Below are positions 13,401 through 23,400 of a DNA stretch of 64,000 nucleotides, in pieces; the stretch's first letter is position 1; every line of letters begins with the position of its first letter. This DNA comes from Amoebophrya sp. A120 (Eukaryota > Protista > Dinoflagellata). The translations under genes and the position numbers were made by a program. The notes under the pieces were generated by a model. The model was not told where the DNA came from. It made no database searches and was given only the letters and a program-made list of their open reading frames with translations. The stretch spans positions 8,066,771-8,130,770 of the forward strand of contig CAJINV010000004.1 in the NCBI GenBank assembly GCA_905178155.1. The letters run 5' to 3'.

Positions 13401-16400
13401 GATTCCGAAAGCCCCAGATTTACCGCAGATCAAAAACAGCATTACAAATTGGCCAAAGGATCAACCTGAAGATCAAAGCACCAGCACGATCAAAGGTTCC
13501 GGAAATCCCTTCGTCATAAATTGTAGTACTGATTTAGCTCGTACAAGAACCGTAGACCACACTGCCGCTCACTAAATGGTGAGCGCGATCACAAAAGGGA
13601 AAGAGGAGAAGAAGCATCGTCACCAAATGGTCGAAATATGCATGACAGATTGCTGTCGGGCATTTCCGAGCAGAACGGCCGCCAGCATTACAAATTCATG
13701 CTTTGTTTGTCAACCTTCACTGCAGATGCATTAGTTTCTCCACGGGAAACTATTAGGGCTTGTATGCTTTTCAGCATTACAAATTATTTACGCTTACCTC
13801 TAAACACCCTAATACGGGCACAAACGGCATAGCTTATTTTGGAAGGCAAAGGAACACCTAAACTACACACGAGAAGCACCGGAGTGCATTACAAACTGGA
13901 TACTATTCTGATTCCTAGTAGTGTTCAGAATCTTCTTGAGTTTTCTTTTGCGTCTCTCGTCTTTGGAGTCGTTGGGAAACCTACGCGTGAAAGAGACCAA
14001 TCGTCAAAATCAGGTGGAATCACACGGCGACCGATCAAAGTCAACAAAGTGGTCCTCTTCAAAATGCCCAACCGATCGGGCAACAATACCAGCAGTGCCA
14101 ATTTTTTTATTGCGCCGTCCCGCTCGCGAACTATCTGCAGGGGCACCAACCGCAGCCCGAGCATTTTTTTCAGCACAACTTTCGGCAAGATGATGAGTTC
14201 ACTGTCTACGTCGATCCGCTAGTCGATATACTTAACAAGGAGTGTGGCGAGGATAATTCGGAGAAAATCCTCGACACGATCGAACAATACCTACACCACC
14301 TCACCGTTATCAACGCCGAGGGGTGCTGCGCGGCTAGGATGGTAAACGACCACCTCAGTCTCTTGCGAAGAGATGGAAACGAAATTTTGCGGCGGTTGGA
14401 CACCGCCAAGAAAGAACTACTTTTCGGTGGGAAGGAAGGTAGATCATCCGGTAGAAGATCATCATCTTCAGATGGTGCGACGAATGATAATTCTACCGGA
14501 GTAGGTCTTGGTGTGCTGTCTGCAAATAAGATCAGCGCGCTTTACTCGCTGTTCCTCCGAACGGTGTTAACCTCCTCAGCGCACTTCCTGTTCGCAACGG
14601 GTTCGGCTGCTAATCTTCCCACGACCACGAGGTTTCGCTTCCCGGAGAAGGCCTGGCTTTCCCTCCTTCGCCGGATCGCGGAGGACAGTCTATGCAATGC
14701 AAAAGCATCCCTGCACTAGTATAAATTGCATTACAAATTAGCACAGCATTACAAATTGAATTTGTAATGCTGATTTACCTTGGGAAAGAGATTTGTAATG
14801 CATAAATGCAATTTGTACGAGTACGATGCTTTTGCACAGGATACAGACCGAGATTCGACGAAATTCTCGCGGAAAAAATCACGGAGAAAACCTTCCCGAC
14901 CGTGTGGTGGCAAGTATGCATTGCAAATATGTCTGGGTCCGGAAAGTTGCAACTTGTCATGCTAATTCTGGATCGTGCAAAAATCTGTGTTGTATGAATG
15001 CCAAAAGCTGTCCGCTTTTGACCAAGTTGGGAGGAAATTTCTCATGCGGGATGGCCACGATAGGGATCTCACAGAATCTGTCATGCTAGATCCTGCATTC
15101 CGGACGAGATCGATCATGGAAAATTTGTATGACAAGCCACGGAATCTTCCAGAGGACCCAGACATATTTGCAGTTCATAGCAAGCACACGATAGCAACGT
15201 TTTCCTCTCGGATTTACTTCTCGACCATGTATCCCACTTGCAAAAATCTCTACTGCGGAAAAGCGCAGACTGGGGAGAAGGATTGTCCGGCGAGAAGTCG
15301 AGCCGATTCTACCGGGAGAACTTATTCGAGTCGAGAAGAATCAAGACGAACGGGCGCGTGCACGAAAATTTCGATTCGGTAGACAAGGAAACACTGGAAG
15401 TGTTGGACAAGATTACCTCTTTGCTCTCTGTCGTGTACCGGAAGGGGAGAAATAATTTCAAGTTGAACCACCAATCCGATTTTTCCTCCACGATCTTCCA
15501 AATCGCCGCAAAAGCCGCGGTGCATTTAAAGCCAGGACCCTTAGCCTTCTGGCGCGACGGGTTTCAGAACGACGACGCCCAATTCCAACAGCCCGACGGC
15601 GTTGGCAACTCGAAGAACCGGGAATACCGGAGGTGCCGGGGGGGCCGGGTCTGCGGGGAAGTTCCGGACCGGGACAGAGCGGTCAGCGAGAGTTCTAGCG
15701 ACGAGGAGCTCCCGGAGGACTACGACAGCGACCGAGATGGGTTGTGCAGCAAAGCGCACCTCGCGTTCAACATGACGAACTACATGCGGCACCGGCTGGA
15801 CAAGCAGCGGTTCATCTACCAGGCCTTGTCGAAAGCGCTGGAACTGATGGTGAGGAGTCTGGTTGGGGCGCCGATTGTAGTGGCTCCCGAGCAGGACGAC
15901 TATCAACATGTTGATCCCCAGAGCAGGATGAATTATCGGCATTTGAGTACCTGGAACGCAAACTACGCTATCGCGGTGGAGATCCACCGAGCTTTTCTCA
16001 AATCCACCCTGCTGGATAGCAAGACCTACGCGAAACCGAATAAGACGCACAAAGTGCCAAGCTTAGTCTTCTTTCGGTACCTGAGTGTTTTTCCGGATTT
16101 CTTCAAGATCGTGAAATACATCCGGCTGAACTTGCAGAAAAACTTGACCTTCTGGCGAACGAATCGCAACTTTGTCTGGGTGCCTCTCTATCAAATGCAA
16201 ATGTGTCTGGGAGGTCTGGAAGGTTGCAACTTTTCGTGATGCTGTGTTTGGATTCTATTTCTAAAAAAGATTTGTCGAGCATGACCAGCAAGAGGAATCC
16301 ACCTTCTACTACGTGGGGAGGGCGTTTCTCATGTGGAACAGGCATGAGGAGGCGCTGTAAAAATTTGTGATGCTAGGTCATGCATTACAGGCATCTTGGG

Positions 16401-18316
16401 TCTTCACGCAAAATATGCATGACAAACCTGTCACTCTTCCAGGCCCAGACATACTTGCAGTTGATACCCTCAGCAGCAAGGCCCAGTGGATCAAGAACGT
16501 GTACTACAAAACCTTCGCGTGGACCTACAAGCCGAGAGGGAGGTCCTCCGCGGATGTTGAAGATGTAGAAAATAACCTTTCCCCTGCTCGCAGCTCTGAT
16601 CCGGCTACTCGGAGGACCAATTCCTTCGGCACCAGTAGAAGTACTAAATTCCTGCATCCCAAACTCAACCCACTCCCGGTGTCCGCGCTGGATTTTTCCG
16701 AGAAGCGAAACGGGCTGCAGGCACTGAACCCGGAAGATTTCTTGCACCTCCTCCCGACCGATAGTGTTCTCGAGCTCCAATCTGCGATCCATATCACCGC
16801 GGGGAAGACGGCGCAAATCAGCGATTATAGTGAAATGGCGCAAAACTTCAACCGGTTTACCACTGCGACCATGCGGTCGTTGTATTCGGGTGAAAAGGAC
16901 TGGAAGCTGCAGGAACTGTTTACGAAGGAATTTCTCGAGAAGGGGCTGCACTGGTTCAACTGGTTTTTGGAGTACAAAGCCGGGCGGAATTTGAACAATT
17001 TACCCTCTTTTGTCCTTCCCCGAAAAGCAGACCAGGTCTCCAACCCCGACCCGACGCGGGTTGCGGAATCCTCCGAAATAACGCTCCGCCAGCGGGAAAT
17101 TAACGGGATTGCATACCACCTGATGCCAGAGGAAAAAGACGCGGAGTTCTCCAGCTACATAGGCGCCTGGGGGCTTTTCGCGAACAAGTTGACGCCCGAC
17201 GCGCTCCAAAAAGACGTGCGGTTTCAGGAATTGCTCCTAAAAGTGTCGGAGAAGTTGGTATCGGCAGTGGAGAAAAATGCAAAGGGAAAAGACAATTTTG
17301 CAAAAGACAGAAATACCCACATTCCCTCCTTCGAAGAAGTTGTAAACCGTCTCCCCTTAGCTGCGCAAGAGAAAGTCGGCGGCTTCTTGGGCGATGTCGC
17401 GACGGAAGGTTTGAAGTCGGTGCCGGTAACGCGGAGAATAACCCGGAACGAGTTAACCGGCAGGTACTTCGTCGCCGTCGGCATCGATGCTCCCGCAGGG
17501 GGGGCAGACGCGAATTGTCTCGACCAGGAGAAAAAACAGCAGTGGACGTTGTTTTTCGACTTGTTTTTGCGCGCGCACACGAAATTGTCCGAAGCGCTCA
17601 AGTACCGGCTCGCGCGGGCGGATCCCAGGCTGCTGGAAGACCACGCCTACCGGGAACAACTACAAGATGAATCTGGTGGGCAGAAACCTGCTCTTCTCGT
17701 GGAAAACAACGAGGCAAATCGGAGGCTTTTCGGCCCGCGGGAGGGGAAGGAGGAGCGAAGGAAAAGGAAAATAAGTGATGCCGCGAAAAGAAAGAACCTC
17801 GTTCTTGCGGGCAGGACAAGTGCCAACGGTGCCAGTTCTTCGTCAACAACAACATTTTCCAGCCCTACAACACCTCCGCAAGAACTACTTCCACCTAATC
17901 GACAACAAGAATCTAGCTTGCCGGAGTCGAAAGCGAGGCTCTGGAAAGAGCTGGGCGACTGGCGGATACCGATTGATGTACCGGCTGAAAATAGCGAGAC
18001 GACGGGACAACCGAATTGTTCAGATGACAATCTAACGTACGTGAGAATGGAGCGCCGCATTCAGTTTTTACTGGACCAGCTCGGGAACTCCCCGCTGTTC
18101 CGACTCTTAGAGCAATCCACTATTGCCTCCAGCTCGGTACGGCAGCCGGTGGCGAAGGTGTTCCGGCCGCCGTTGTTGCCAAGTGGAAAGGAAATGGAGG
18201 AGAACCAGAAATTCTTAACGGAAGAATTAAAGCCGGTGAGAACGATTGGGGAAAAGCTGCAGAAACTGCGAGAAGAGTGGGAAGTTATTGGGAAAGTGCT
18301 AGAACAAGCCGCGTGA
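1430..18316 (+). CDS. Large (~1330 aa) putative secreted protein of unknown function, interrupted by the LTR retrotransposon and three introners (exons ~1430-1857, 14029-14690, 14849-14914, 15185-16188, 16472-18316)
   Basis: N-terminal signal-like MSAFKKSSLLLVVGGFFSAPSCIEAA. Removing the LTR element plus one CGGC gives ...VVFAATDQSQQ..., in frame with ORF 14339. Removing the introners then joins ORFs 15238 and 16367 without stops. Confidence 0.75.
1858..2662 (+). repeat. 5' LTR (805 bp)
   Basis: TGGGTAAATC...GGAGTCACA, repeated at 13220-14024 with about 5 substitutions seen by eye. Confidence 0.97.
2665..2680 (+). promoter_or_regulatory. Primer binding site, probably tRNA-Ala
   Basis: TGGTGGACCCGAGCGG lies 2 nt after the LTR. 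Its complement ...GGGUCCACCA has U70/A73, typical of the tRNA-Ala acceptor end. Confidence 0.7.
2959..12315 (+). CDS. Single gag-pol polyprotein (~3118 aa from first ATG): gag-like region, aspartic protease, RT, RNase H, integrase, C-terminal SH3/GPY-F-like region
   Basis: Protease HLDTG (~5677); RT RIVVDYR, IDLALGYNQ, YIDD (8275); RNase H LDAS, ERE, FDHKNL, NILADIVSR; integrase H-H-CPAC plus D(YAGP), D(NG), E. The ORF is uninterrupted. Confidence 0.95.
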   Translation: MANKIFNVRGRKYKRPSNLTRQNLDSLHHSETDPVTGVGASRMHSVGTASTISHMQLHRTPVRVLDEDGLPATSKYPSKEDAGSSCLPLCFAGLQKVGVCVWKGLRFAVLRAKTTASQQWGKSSSHTGSADDIPKKGSVHSYATSRKAFGAAGLRQMVTRPRRGSGRMVSSGLARRSDVASSCAETDRTTKTGIFGKKKTVSGKGLKSKTTTAEAPKDGDGDGAAPAVASPSLSSVVGRVLAVGSHGFTIETAARNASGGITVKGVDKAGALPASPFEVYKLGRAIRKEAAKHFTTPAGFVCAVKLSSGSIRFELDISPRAPARADGVRSNYKQDVFPPVKREDGQILVLEGSSDAIVFEECRLVLDWMETIGGEFHRGFKQLELQAKANTSARRILRTLRERAHGEAMEEDEAWRALILEFGYRCRVATNLTPARVKVFEKKRMQVVHKSNLTDFAATLEERFSGFMDFRSREGDKVYSLDDKAGTEDFLVAFHRRLTAPSKLGPELSAGIPEKQLTKIKFELERMRDPEAPHLSLQPHNTTTRDYLNAMTSVATMALNQAQDQEAWGGGLACIDVDDPEGNALMPLGGPSLQGRTVNMACGLKHSVRYHDETDVDTAYARICFAKQLQFTTCKLCSDLNGKQVTHAVCDPFQKLTGKSLCPTERAVASGLTLEKLAQLPAGYCSRALCTTPGATSRIVEEHFLTPGWEEKQRKEYEGLTVEQKKTWRPKLNDWKELNKRGIYSHSAPQRNNKKQGKGGGKGSLHSLDAKEPGSTSTGGMTPEEQELMEMVMDCDKRLTAAEVHHPPPEPRNGFAGVIYMDFKEDGLLKGWHESDFVNFCAKTRYFELREDDSELYNGIAIRFVDPEATDDEWMGLGKVDAGLGRSPNRVFVKVFVGDETILAHLDTGNTVDRAGTTSRGGDNCAMSLAVAQELGLEIRNTGRKQFITEGTRETVHDARYVSLEFRLENSKGERSGLLKKDFLVLDNLTDGVNIGYTTLRGLGVFVSDEEEGLDANLAHYVLLSDPKRELLDQATSYDAATLFGQNWGRGPQWFCVPIVNSKTGSGYSLKRLDAESEIILQAGDTVRVDLTEWAADRIKNGTSVLDLSPMGRAKKIETTLPIVLHSSQFDTVQEDDRLVVQITNPNVMGRALVPSDLFCLKHVDLKLAPVPGLPANKSFEVGEGFFGEDDDDDVEGRAEDEEECAFGTLKGRTAKKTASGPLQSVGRFVGKLAVAAAAGLAVGWQGFSVPHFAAPTVSEPDLHDENALSASEMTKLVSDEINTRCERAAEDQEDESCMVLRDFSVTPAWCWDVPAMPEGTGEKRNFKDWKEFIETKGPDTALKLLKNLDCDWSQWHKLADYLRAWRQEHGEHLRGRLTRQVRRARSAVLGKQGLDSPEAQRRQYLKTVFGSNWKERAVEDGKESFPFADLATALPTDGSLDHLPPLLQILEATRLGLHSECEKVQEAAVRFFDAWKITRSGGGNEEDATTDFTRVSSGGSGSSFRLGKIDEDEYAVLMKEIEEKTKKLEKAGGLLAADSEEWKEQVRNYWTEHRERLAGGLSDEEFENFRDEVIVPHAAQFHDTGREYPELDIKIPIPDHKSVDNSTAPRPFQLGPLDRIRMEFNLREAVAEGKLIKFNPEVHDFPLMLSPAFLAVRKGHAAKRIVVDYRKCNSLVTNIFYEMPQTDQIFSKLLRRGSRLFSAIDLALGYNQLSLPEELQRWLAWTTGEGIYFPQRMPLGPVWAPCVFQAWTRSTFEPIPCPETGEEFINVYIDDLCYESASYAELKARSLALLEQCKKTGFALSLRKSCFGCKSLEILGYEFSEEGRKPTKKRCDQLRNWPTPKSRAELLSAVAFANFSREYIPDFTEICHPLRPYLRQKSDFKKFQGDPAAMDAFKRLRTSLRSDVPLRALDLAAGQNWRTTGRPICVLLDASIYGRGFVIAQPEKKFGPLRPIMAKSRSFAAGDANLGTFERELAGVKMFCDFGLNLVEGSEIFLLFDHKNLGESELEEIARSQVKSAKVQRWVEGMLPKLRSPLIHRVHISGECNILADIVSRFPAEGKDREGVRADLQRVLGQMPNGVRDCIRWLFGSKKDEDPSVGQGEMQPLGVAEQSQVLHVSATADGNKKKIVVLQNGNRVEYSWGPRKLYRNFDEAKEAAIKGLPDRFRSDLSHSNHPKEFIAHDLEAIAKPLRDLQCTDGVQEVKLFKAQWNPGRETVESPLLICPKHTGEALLRAPGRRCKCNCGVAPVRQRIIQDPGDGLRFCLPIKDQEDLIVAETEELLKKRNTRQRSTRLAELVEQFDALQEQRNQAGLLPILQEQAEQAAPPLEISQNGLSSSSAVAPLQIHENVADVNKDDLHDKQDAHANCDEGNSVNFSNSDVEEEDGKNLQGGNRDENVEPLLAIANFPANLPPEQVADEDADLDPAPEEADPEAIWVNAIFKKAQGIFLHDGPTVFRLQSLYRPGAVPTKATPITDLEPLDGVLLLCQHCYGETVPEFVEVVRPPQAYYKIQEQWNYKKFIFSAPSKVSAGTGAGLGAVGSQLPLRRFWKSGYKGMLAFGAQAPPPGVDEETAVPVDVTKERIAQMQQKAWPEHFWVLDNVGRFSLEELLQRAARRWGVKRAKTAIDDVKQRQFCRDADDVLIRLDRDHVFRVVVPSGEFVDGVAGFEEEELTHLFPSGSISLREYLIWAIHRSAVGAAHAGEYATFVEILRCGFLWNNMRKDVAAFIARCPACNTNVREQQLISSRAEVLEYGQFLDCIMFDYAGPYKTTTGTEQKYIFTACDVFSGYNWIFSTENKTVEKAIECLEKIFKRFGAPRKLRADNGFEHFKNKGYGKLRAWMRRNFPAVKFVPGTSYHPAGHHAAEYVHKFCTHFFRTSPGPGTQLEWSDRVEDLDLALNRMPLEGRNGRSALDVLGFEVRGQLFPQLRAAVPEPSRAVELSIGDALDQVERKRRELAVDCLEDKALAAERTRKKLIAKRGSRFPDVIVGDLVQVELPPAQVRGKQELAGVYGKPIYEVTGVLDRAVYLADRNGSADIPMKNPVSLDRVTVIGNIAEYRRDDYAFKARNGCGWVRIICVWRDSATVTLAEAAPMEVRYRKWFLDNEVIPISSMPAQ
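13220..14024 (+). repeat. 3' LTR (805 bp)
   Basis: Direct copy of 1858-2662, followed by the TSD CGGC. Confidence 0.97.
14691..14843. mobile_element. Introner family B (short, TATNNNNTGCAAAAG TIR)
   Basis: TIR; direct repeat (DR) CAGTC/CAGAC; removal restores the frame. Confidence 0.85.
14915..15179. mobile_element. Introner family A (TIR ...ATGTCTGGGTCTGGAA)
   Basis: TIR; DR GCAAG/GCAAG. Confidence 0.9.
16189..16466. mobile_element. Introner family A
   Basis: TIR; DR CTCTC/CCCTC; joins ORFs 15238 and 16367. Confidence 0.9.
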
Positions 18317-20464
18317 AGATAGGGAAAGATGGGTAGTTGCTTTCATCGTGCTAAGTATTGGTACTGAAGCAGTTGTGGACAGACTTCCGTTGCGTTAAGC
18401 CTTGCGAGGATGAACACTACGCCAGGTGGTTGAATTCTATAGACAGATTTAAGTAATTTTAAGCATAGAGGAAACCAAATACAAACTCTTATTGTCTTTA
18501 TTGCCGTTAATACTCCGTATTTGCTAAACCAATTAGACAGCTTCATGCCGTCGCACCTGCAACTTTTGCACGATATACAACAGTAAGTACCTATAGGCAT
18601 TTACCACTACCCGCCTAGCTGCACATCACAATACTTAAATATATAGACAAATTCATTGCTCAAGGTACTTCCCGCAAATTCAGAATTGAAAATGGAAAAA
18701 TCCTCTGTGACAAGTTCTTTCGCAGATCAACTCAAGTCTGCAAATCGAAGAAACCTCGACTCATAGATAAAAACGGCCATTCGGGAATAAAGCACAATAT
18801 CGAGCGCTGGAATTAGGTACTGGTTAAATAAGTAGATGATGATCGTTTGTTGCGCTCCTGATCCGCTGTACTAGAGACAAATTATGGACAATCAGCACTA
18901 CAACCATATTATTTCTTTCCTGAGAAATTCACACGCTTTCAAGTTAATTGCAATTCAGTTCGAGAAAAACAATTTGAAAAGACAGAAAGTCATGTAAAAA
19001 AAGAAGCTCTGAAAGGCACGAAAAGTAATGAACTCAATGCCGCGCTCTGCAAACTTTTTGCCCGATTTTGTCTTGAGAAAGACGGCAAGAAAAAAGGAAA
19101 ACAGTGTGGAATCATATAAGAATGAAAACCTCTTCTCCATTACAATCCCAGATTAGGGATGAGGAACAGAAAATCATGAACCAGTGCAGCAGTTCTAGCG
19201 GAGTTGTGTTCATGAGGTGAACTAAGTGCAAGCACAAAAGCAAAAACGCTCGTTATCGAAATAGGTAAAAGGCACACGAAAGTGAACGCGTTTTTCCTTT
19301 TCAAATCAGTTTGGATCGAAGACCGCAAAAAGAAGTTGAAGATGCTGCCTTACGTACTGAAATTTTTACCGCTCTCAGAGAAAACGGATCTTCGCATAGT
19401 ACGTGATTGTACGTAAAGCTTAACGTAGAATTTACGTAAAAGCTTAACCCTAATACTACCCTCCGAAGATCCCCGAGCAGCGGCGCTAGAAATTCTTTTG
19501 CATAGTTCCATTTTGAAATTCCTTCTTTTTTGAAATGCTATGGTCATGCCGCGATTTTTTCACCTTGATAATGACATGCACGAAGCAATAGAAGCGTGAG
19601 GCCGTTGATCCGTCCTCCAGAATACGAACCGGATCTTCAAACCGACACCTTTTCCATAGTACCCATCCATCGAAACCAATAATTTTCTGCCCAACTAATC
19701 CTACTACAATAATTGACGACTCGAAAAATTATGTTATAGTGGCCAAACTATCCCTTCCAAAAAAATTGTTTCTTTACAAAAAACAGGAGACCATCGTGGT
19801 AATTTCAATTTTTTGATTAAGATTACTAGGTCTACTACTTTTTAGGACGGGCTGAATCGGCTTCATGAATTCTTCGAGGTAATTTTCAATTAAGCTTGGA
19901 AGGGAATTTGCGAGAACTTTTGTTGGACTCCAGCTTTCTTCCTATATTGATTCTTATCCCGACTGAGTTCTAGTCGTTCTTCTACTTTTTTCGATCTGCT
20001 ATCCATAATCTGTTCCTGTTGTACCGCAGTCATCAGCTAGGGTCACGACAATTTGTTCTAATTGTGTCGTGTTTTACGAGATTGTAGTTTCACCTCTCTT
20101 CAGAAGTTCTATATCCAGTTTTGCTTCAAAAAAAATTGTACGATATTGTCCTTGCAGTAGAGTAAAGGAAAAAGCATCTACTTCCCGGAAACAATTTCTT
20201 AGTAGACAAAACGAATCTAGGCCGGTGCAATAAAATTTCGAGATTCTTCCTCGAAAAACTGTGTACAACTACCGCCCTGTTTTGTCAACACCATTAAATA
20301 CTTCTACAACTAGGTAGCAGTAAGAGAAGAACACAGTAACACAGTGTTTTTATAGCGTTTTGTTTCTTCGGACTCTTGCTGTGCACTAGAAAATAATCCT
20401 TCTACTCGCTACTGCACCTTCTACGTATATCAGAGACTAAAGCTCTAAACTCACCAAATCAGAA

Positions 20465-23400
20465 ATGTCGGGGAACCAAGGCTTCCACAAGCCGGGCGGC
20501 AAGGGCTACGTGCTATGCAGTGCAAAAGTATCGTACTCGTATAAATGCATTACAAATTTCCTCAGCATGAGAAATAAGATTTGTAATGCTGATTTATCTT
20601 AGGGAAAAGATTTGTAATGCATGATCGCAATACGAGCACGATACTTTTGCAATTCATACGCGCCGCCGCAGTGCAACTACCGCACACAGAGCTCCTTCAT
20701 ATCAAGTGTAAAAATGTCTGGGTCTGGAAGAATGGAAGGTCTGTCATGCTCTGCCAGCATGACCCCAAAGTCTGTCATGCACGTTACCCAAGAGCCCCGT
20801 TTTTTTGTCATGCAGAAACGCAGTTTGTCATGCAGAATAGGCAACACTTCGAAGCTCAGAAACTTGTCATGCTGAGCCAGCACTTGTGGCCGCCTCATGA
20901 TACGCCAACCAGCATCACAAGTTTCCAGACCCAGACATTTTTACATTTGATACTTGACACTCGAGAACAAGTTCCGGGACATCTTCCAACGACTGGAGCC
21001 CTGGCGCACCAGTATCCTGAGTAAAAACGTCCCCAAACCAGAGTCAAGATGGGAAATCTGCTAGACAAACCAACCAGCTCTGGTTGTTTCGCATGACAAG
21101 TTTATTGTCCTCGTAGTGTATTCCTGTTATTAGGTAGGTCAGCAGCGTCACAGATCTAGCGCATGATGCTGATTATAGCATCACAAATTTCAAAACACGA
21201 CTAGAAAATGCCTCTCATGGGGCTCCGCATGAAAAGCATTTTTACCATGCAGATTTGCATGACAACTCTGGGGTGGGGACGTTTTTACATAGGATAACCA
21301 GGAAAGGCGCGGGGGGCCGGGTCGCGGTGTATGGCGGGTCGCATCTCTACGTCGGAGCGCCGTATTTTGCGGCGCAGGCCGCCAAGCTCATGGGGATCGA
21401 TTTGGTGTTCGTCAAAGCAGGTATCAAAATGTGATGAATAACAGGAGCAGAATGTCTGCGGTTTTGTAGGTTTGTTTCTGATAAGAAGTACCTTGCATAT
21501 ATAATGGTATTATTCCAAATAATTTGCAGCAACATTTTGCAAAGTTTGGAAACAGTAATTCTACGTCGTCATAGACCACGACTGTGCATCATAACAAGCT
21601 CCATCCTCCTGGTGTTCCAAGTATTCTTGTAAAACCTACAAAAAAACCACAAAAATCTCCCCAATTTTTCCACTCCATTGCAGGCCACGCTTCGGTTGCG
21701 AAGGGGATCAAGGCAAAATCGTGCGACATCATGTGTGCGGAATACGACGACCCGAACGACTACAAAGCCTTCACCACCGAGGACCGTGAAATTCTCGCCA
21801 AGTGCGACTGTCTGATCATCGGCCCGGGGTTGGGACGCGGCGAGGAGGTGAAGAAGATGTTGCGGGAGCTACTCGCGGACGAAACCATCTGGCCGCCGAC
21901 GAAGCCGCTCGTGATCGACGCCGACGGCCTCTACGCCATGACCGCCCCCGACGCGTCGTTGCCCCCACCACCCTCCGCCCGGGGCGGGAAGCCGGCCGAC
22001 AAGTGGAGCGCGGACAAGGAAACCATGGACCTGTTCTGGAACTTGTTGGAGTCTCGGAAGATTATGCATTGCAAAAGTATCGTACTCGTGTTATTGCGAT
22101 CATGCATTACAAATTTTTTTCTCAAGGTAAATCAGCATTGCAAATTTTATTTCTCATGCTGGGGAAATGCGATTTCTACTAGTACGACATACTTTGGCAA
22201 TGCATAAAGATTTTGCAACAGCAAAACGGGGAAGAGGATCTTCCCGATGGGACGAAGAAGGCCGTGGAGCAGATGACGACCTTTTCCAACCACGCCGCGC
22301 CTACGATTTTAACCCCGAACTTGGGCGTATGGAAGTGTCAGAATCGAAATTGACAAAATCAAAACGATTTGTCATGCATAAAATGGATTCCAGTTCGAAC
22401 TCAGTTTCTAAGTGGCGCATGACAAACTCTGGTGGTGTGCAAATCCAGTTTGTAATGCTGTTTAGGCAAAGAAGGCTGATTCTCTCATGCTGCTTTAGCA
22501 GCGCGAGCTATAACCCCAAACAGGCTTAGAATCGGCCTCACTTGCCTGCTCTGCAACACACGTATTTCGCGTCGTGCATTTGATGCATGACAAATTTTTC
22601 GATTTTGTCAATTTCGATCCTGACAGTTCCATAGGGCGAGTTGAAGTACGTCACGGAGGCGTTGGACAAACACGTGTTGTGGTTCAACGAGAAGCATACG
22701 GACCACATATGGAATGCAAATATGCCTGGGTCTGGGAGATTGCGAGATTTGTCATGCTTGTCTGGCATGAGTCTTAAATCTGTGATGCATGAGCAGGAAA
22801 ATGGCCTCTTGCCTGTCATGCAAATAAAACGGAGTTTGTCATGCGAAAAACGAAACACACAGAAGCGGCAAAACTTGTCATGCTGGGCTGTATATTGTAG
22901 CGCGCCCACAATTCGTAGATTTGCATCACAAGTTTATTCCAGACCCAGACATATTTGCAATCCATATCACACCTTCTACGGCAACTATCCGAACGTCGAC
23001 GAGTTGTGGCCGGTTTTGAAGCAAGTCCACCACGACCACGCTATCCTATGTAAAAACGTCCCCACCCCATAGTCAAGATGGGAAATCGGCTAGACAAATC
23101 CAAAAGTTTTGGCTGTTTCGCATGACAGATTTCAAGAACTCGTGGTGTAGTGCTGTTTGAGCTGGTTCAGCAGCATCACAGATCTAGTATGTCGCGCTGA
23201 TTGGAGCATGACAAATCGCAAAACACGACTACAAAATGCTTCTCATGGGGCTCCGCATGAGAAACATTTTCAGCGTGCAGGTCTGCATCACAACTATGTG
23301 GTGGGGACGTTTTTAAATACGATACACGCGTCCGGGCAGTTGGCCGTGCAGCACTTTGTTCGGGAGCCGACCTTTGGCGTCACGTTCAACGAGGCCAAAC

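Larger units (their letters stand above)
1858..14024 (+). mobile_element. Full-length Ty3/gypsy (Metaviridae) LTR retrotransposon
   Basis: Two near-identical 805-bp TG...CA LTRs; 4-bp TSD CGGC (1854-1857 and 14025-14028); PBS; domain order PR-RT-RH-IN. Confidence 0.97.

Noticed and set aside
14691-14843. Tc1/mariner-type TA target duplication for the introners
   Set aside because: Keeping one TA does not restore conserved motifs in the kinesin, CobW or NAXD genes, whereas removing element + 5 nt does.
20617-21024. Many short ORFs with recurring KCKNVWVWK, PDPDIF or KMSGSG peptides
   Set aside because: These are translations of family A TIRs, not a protein repeat family.
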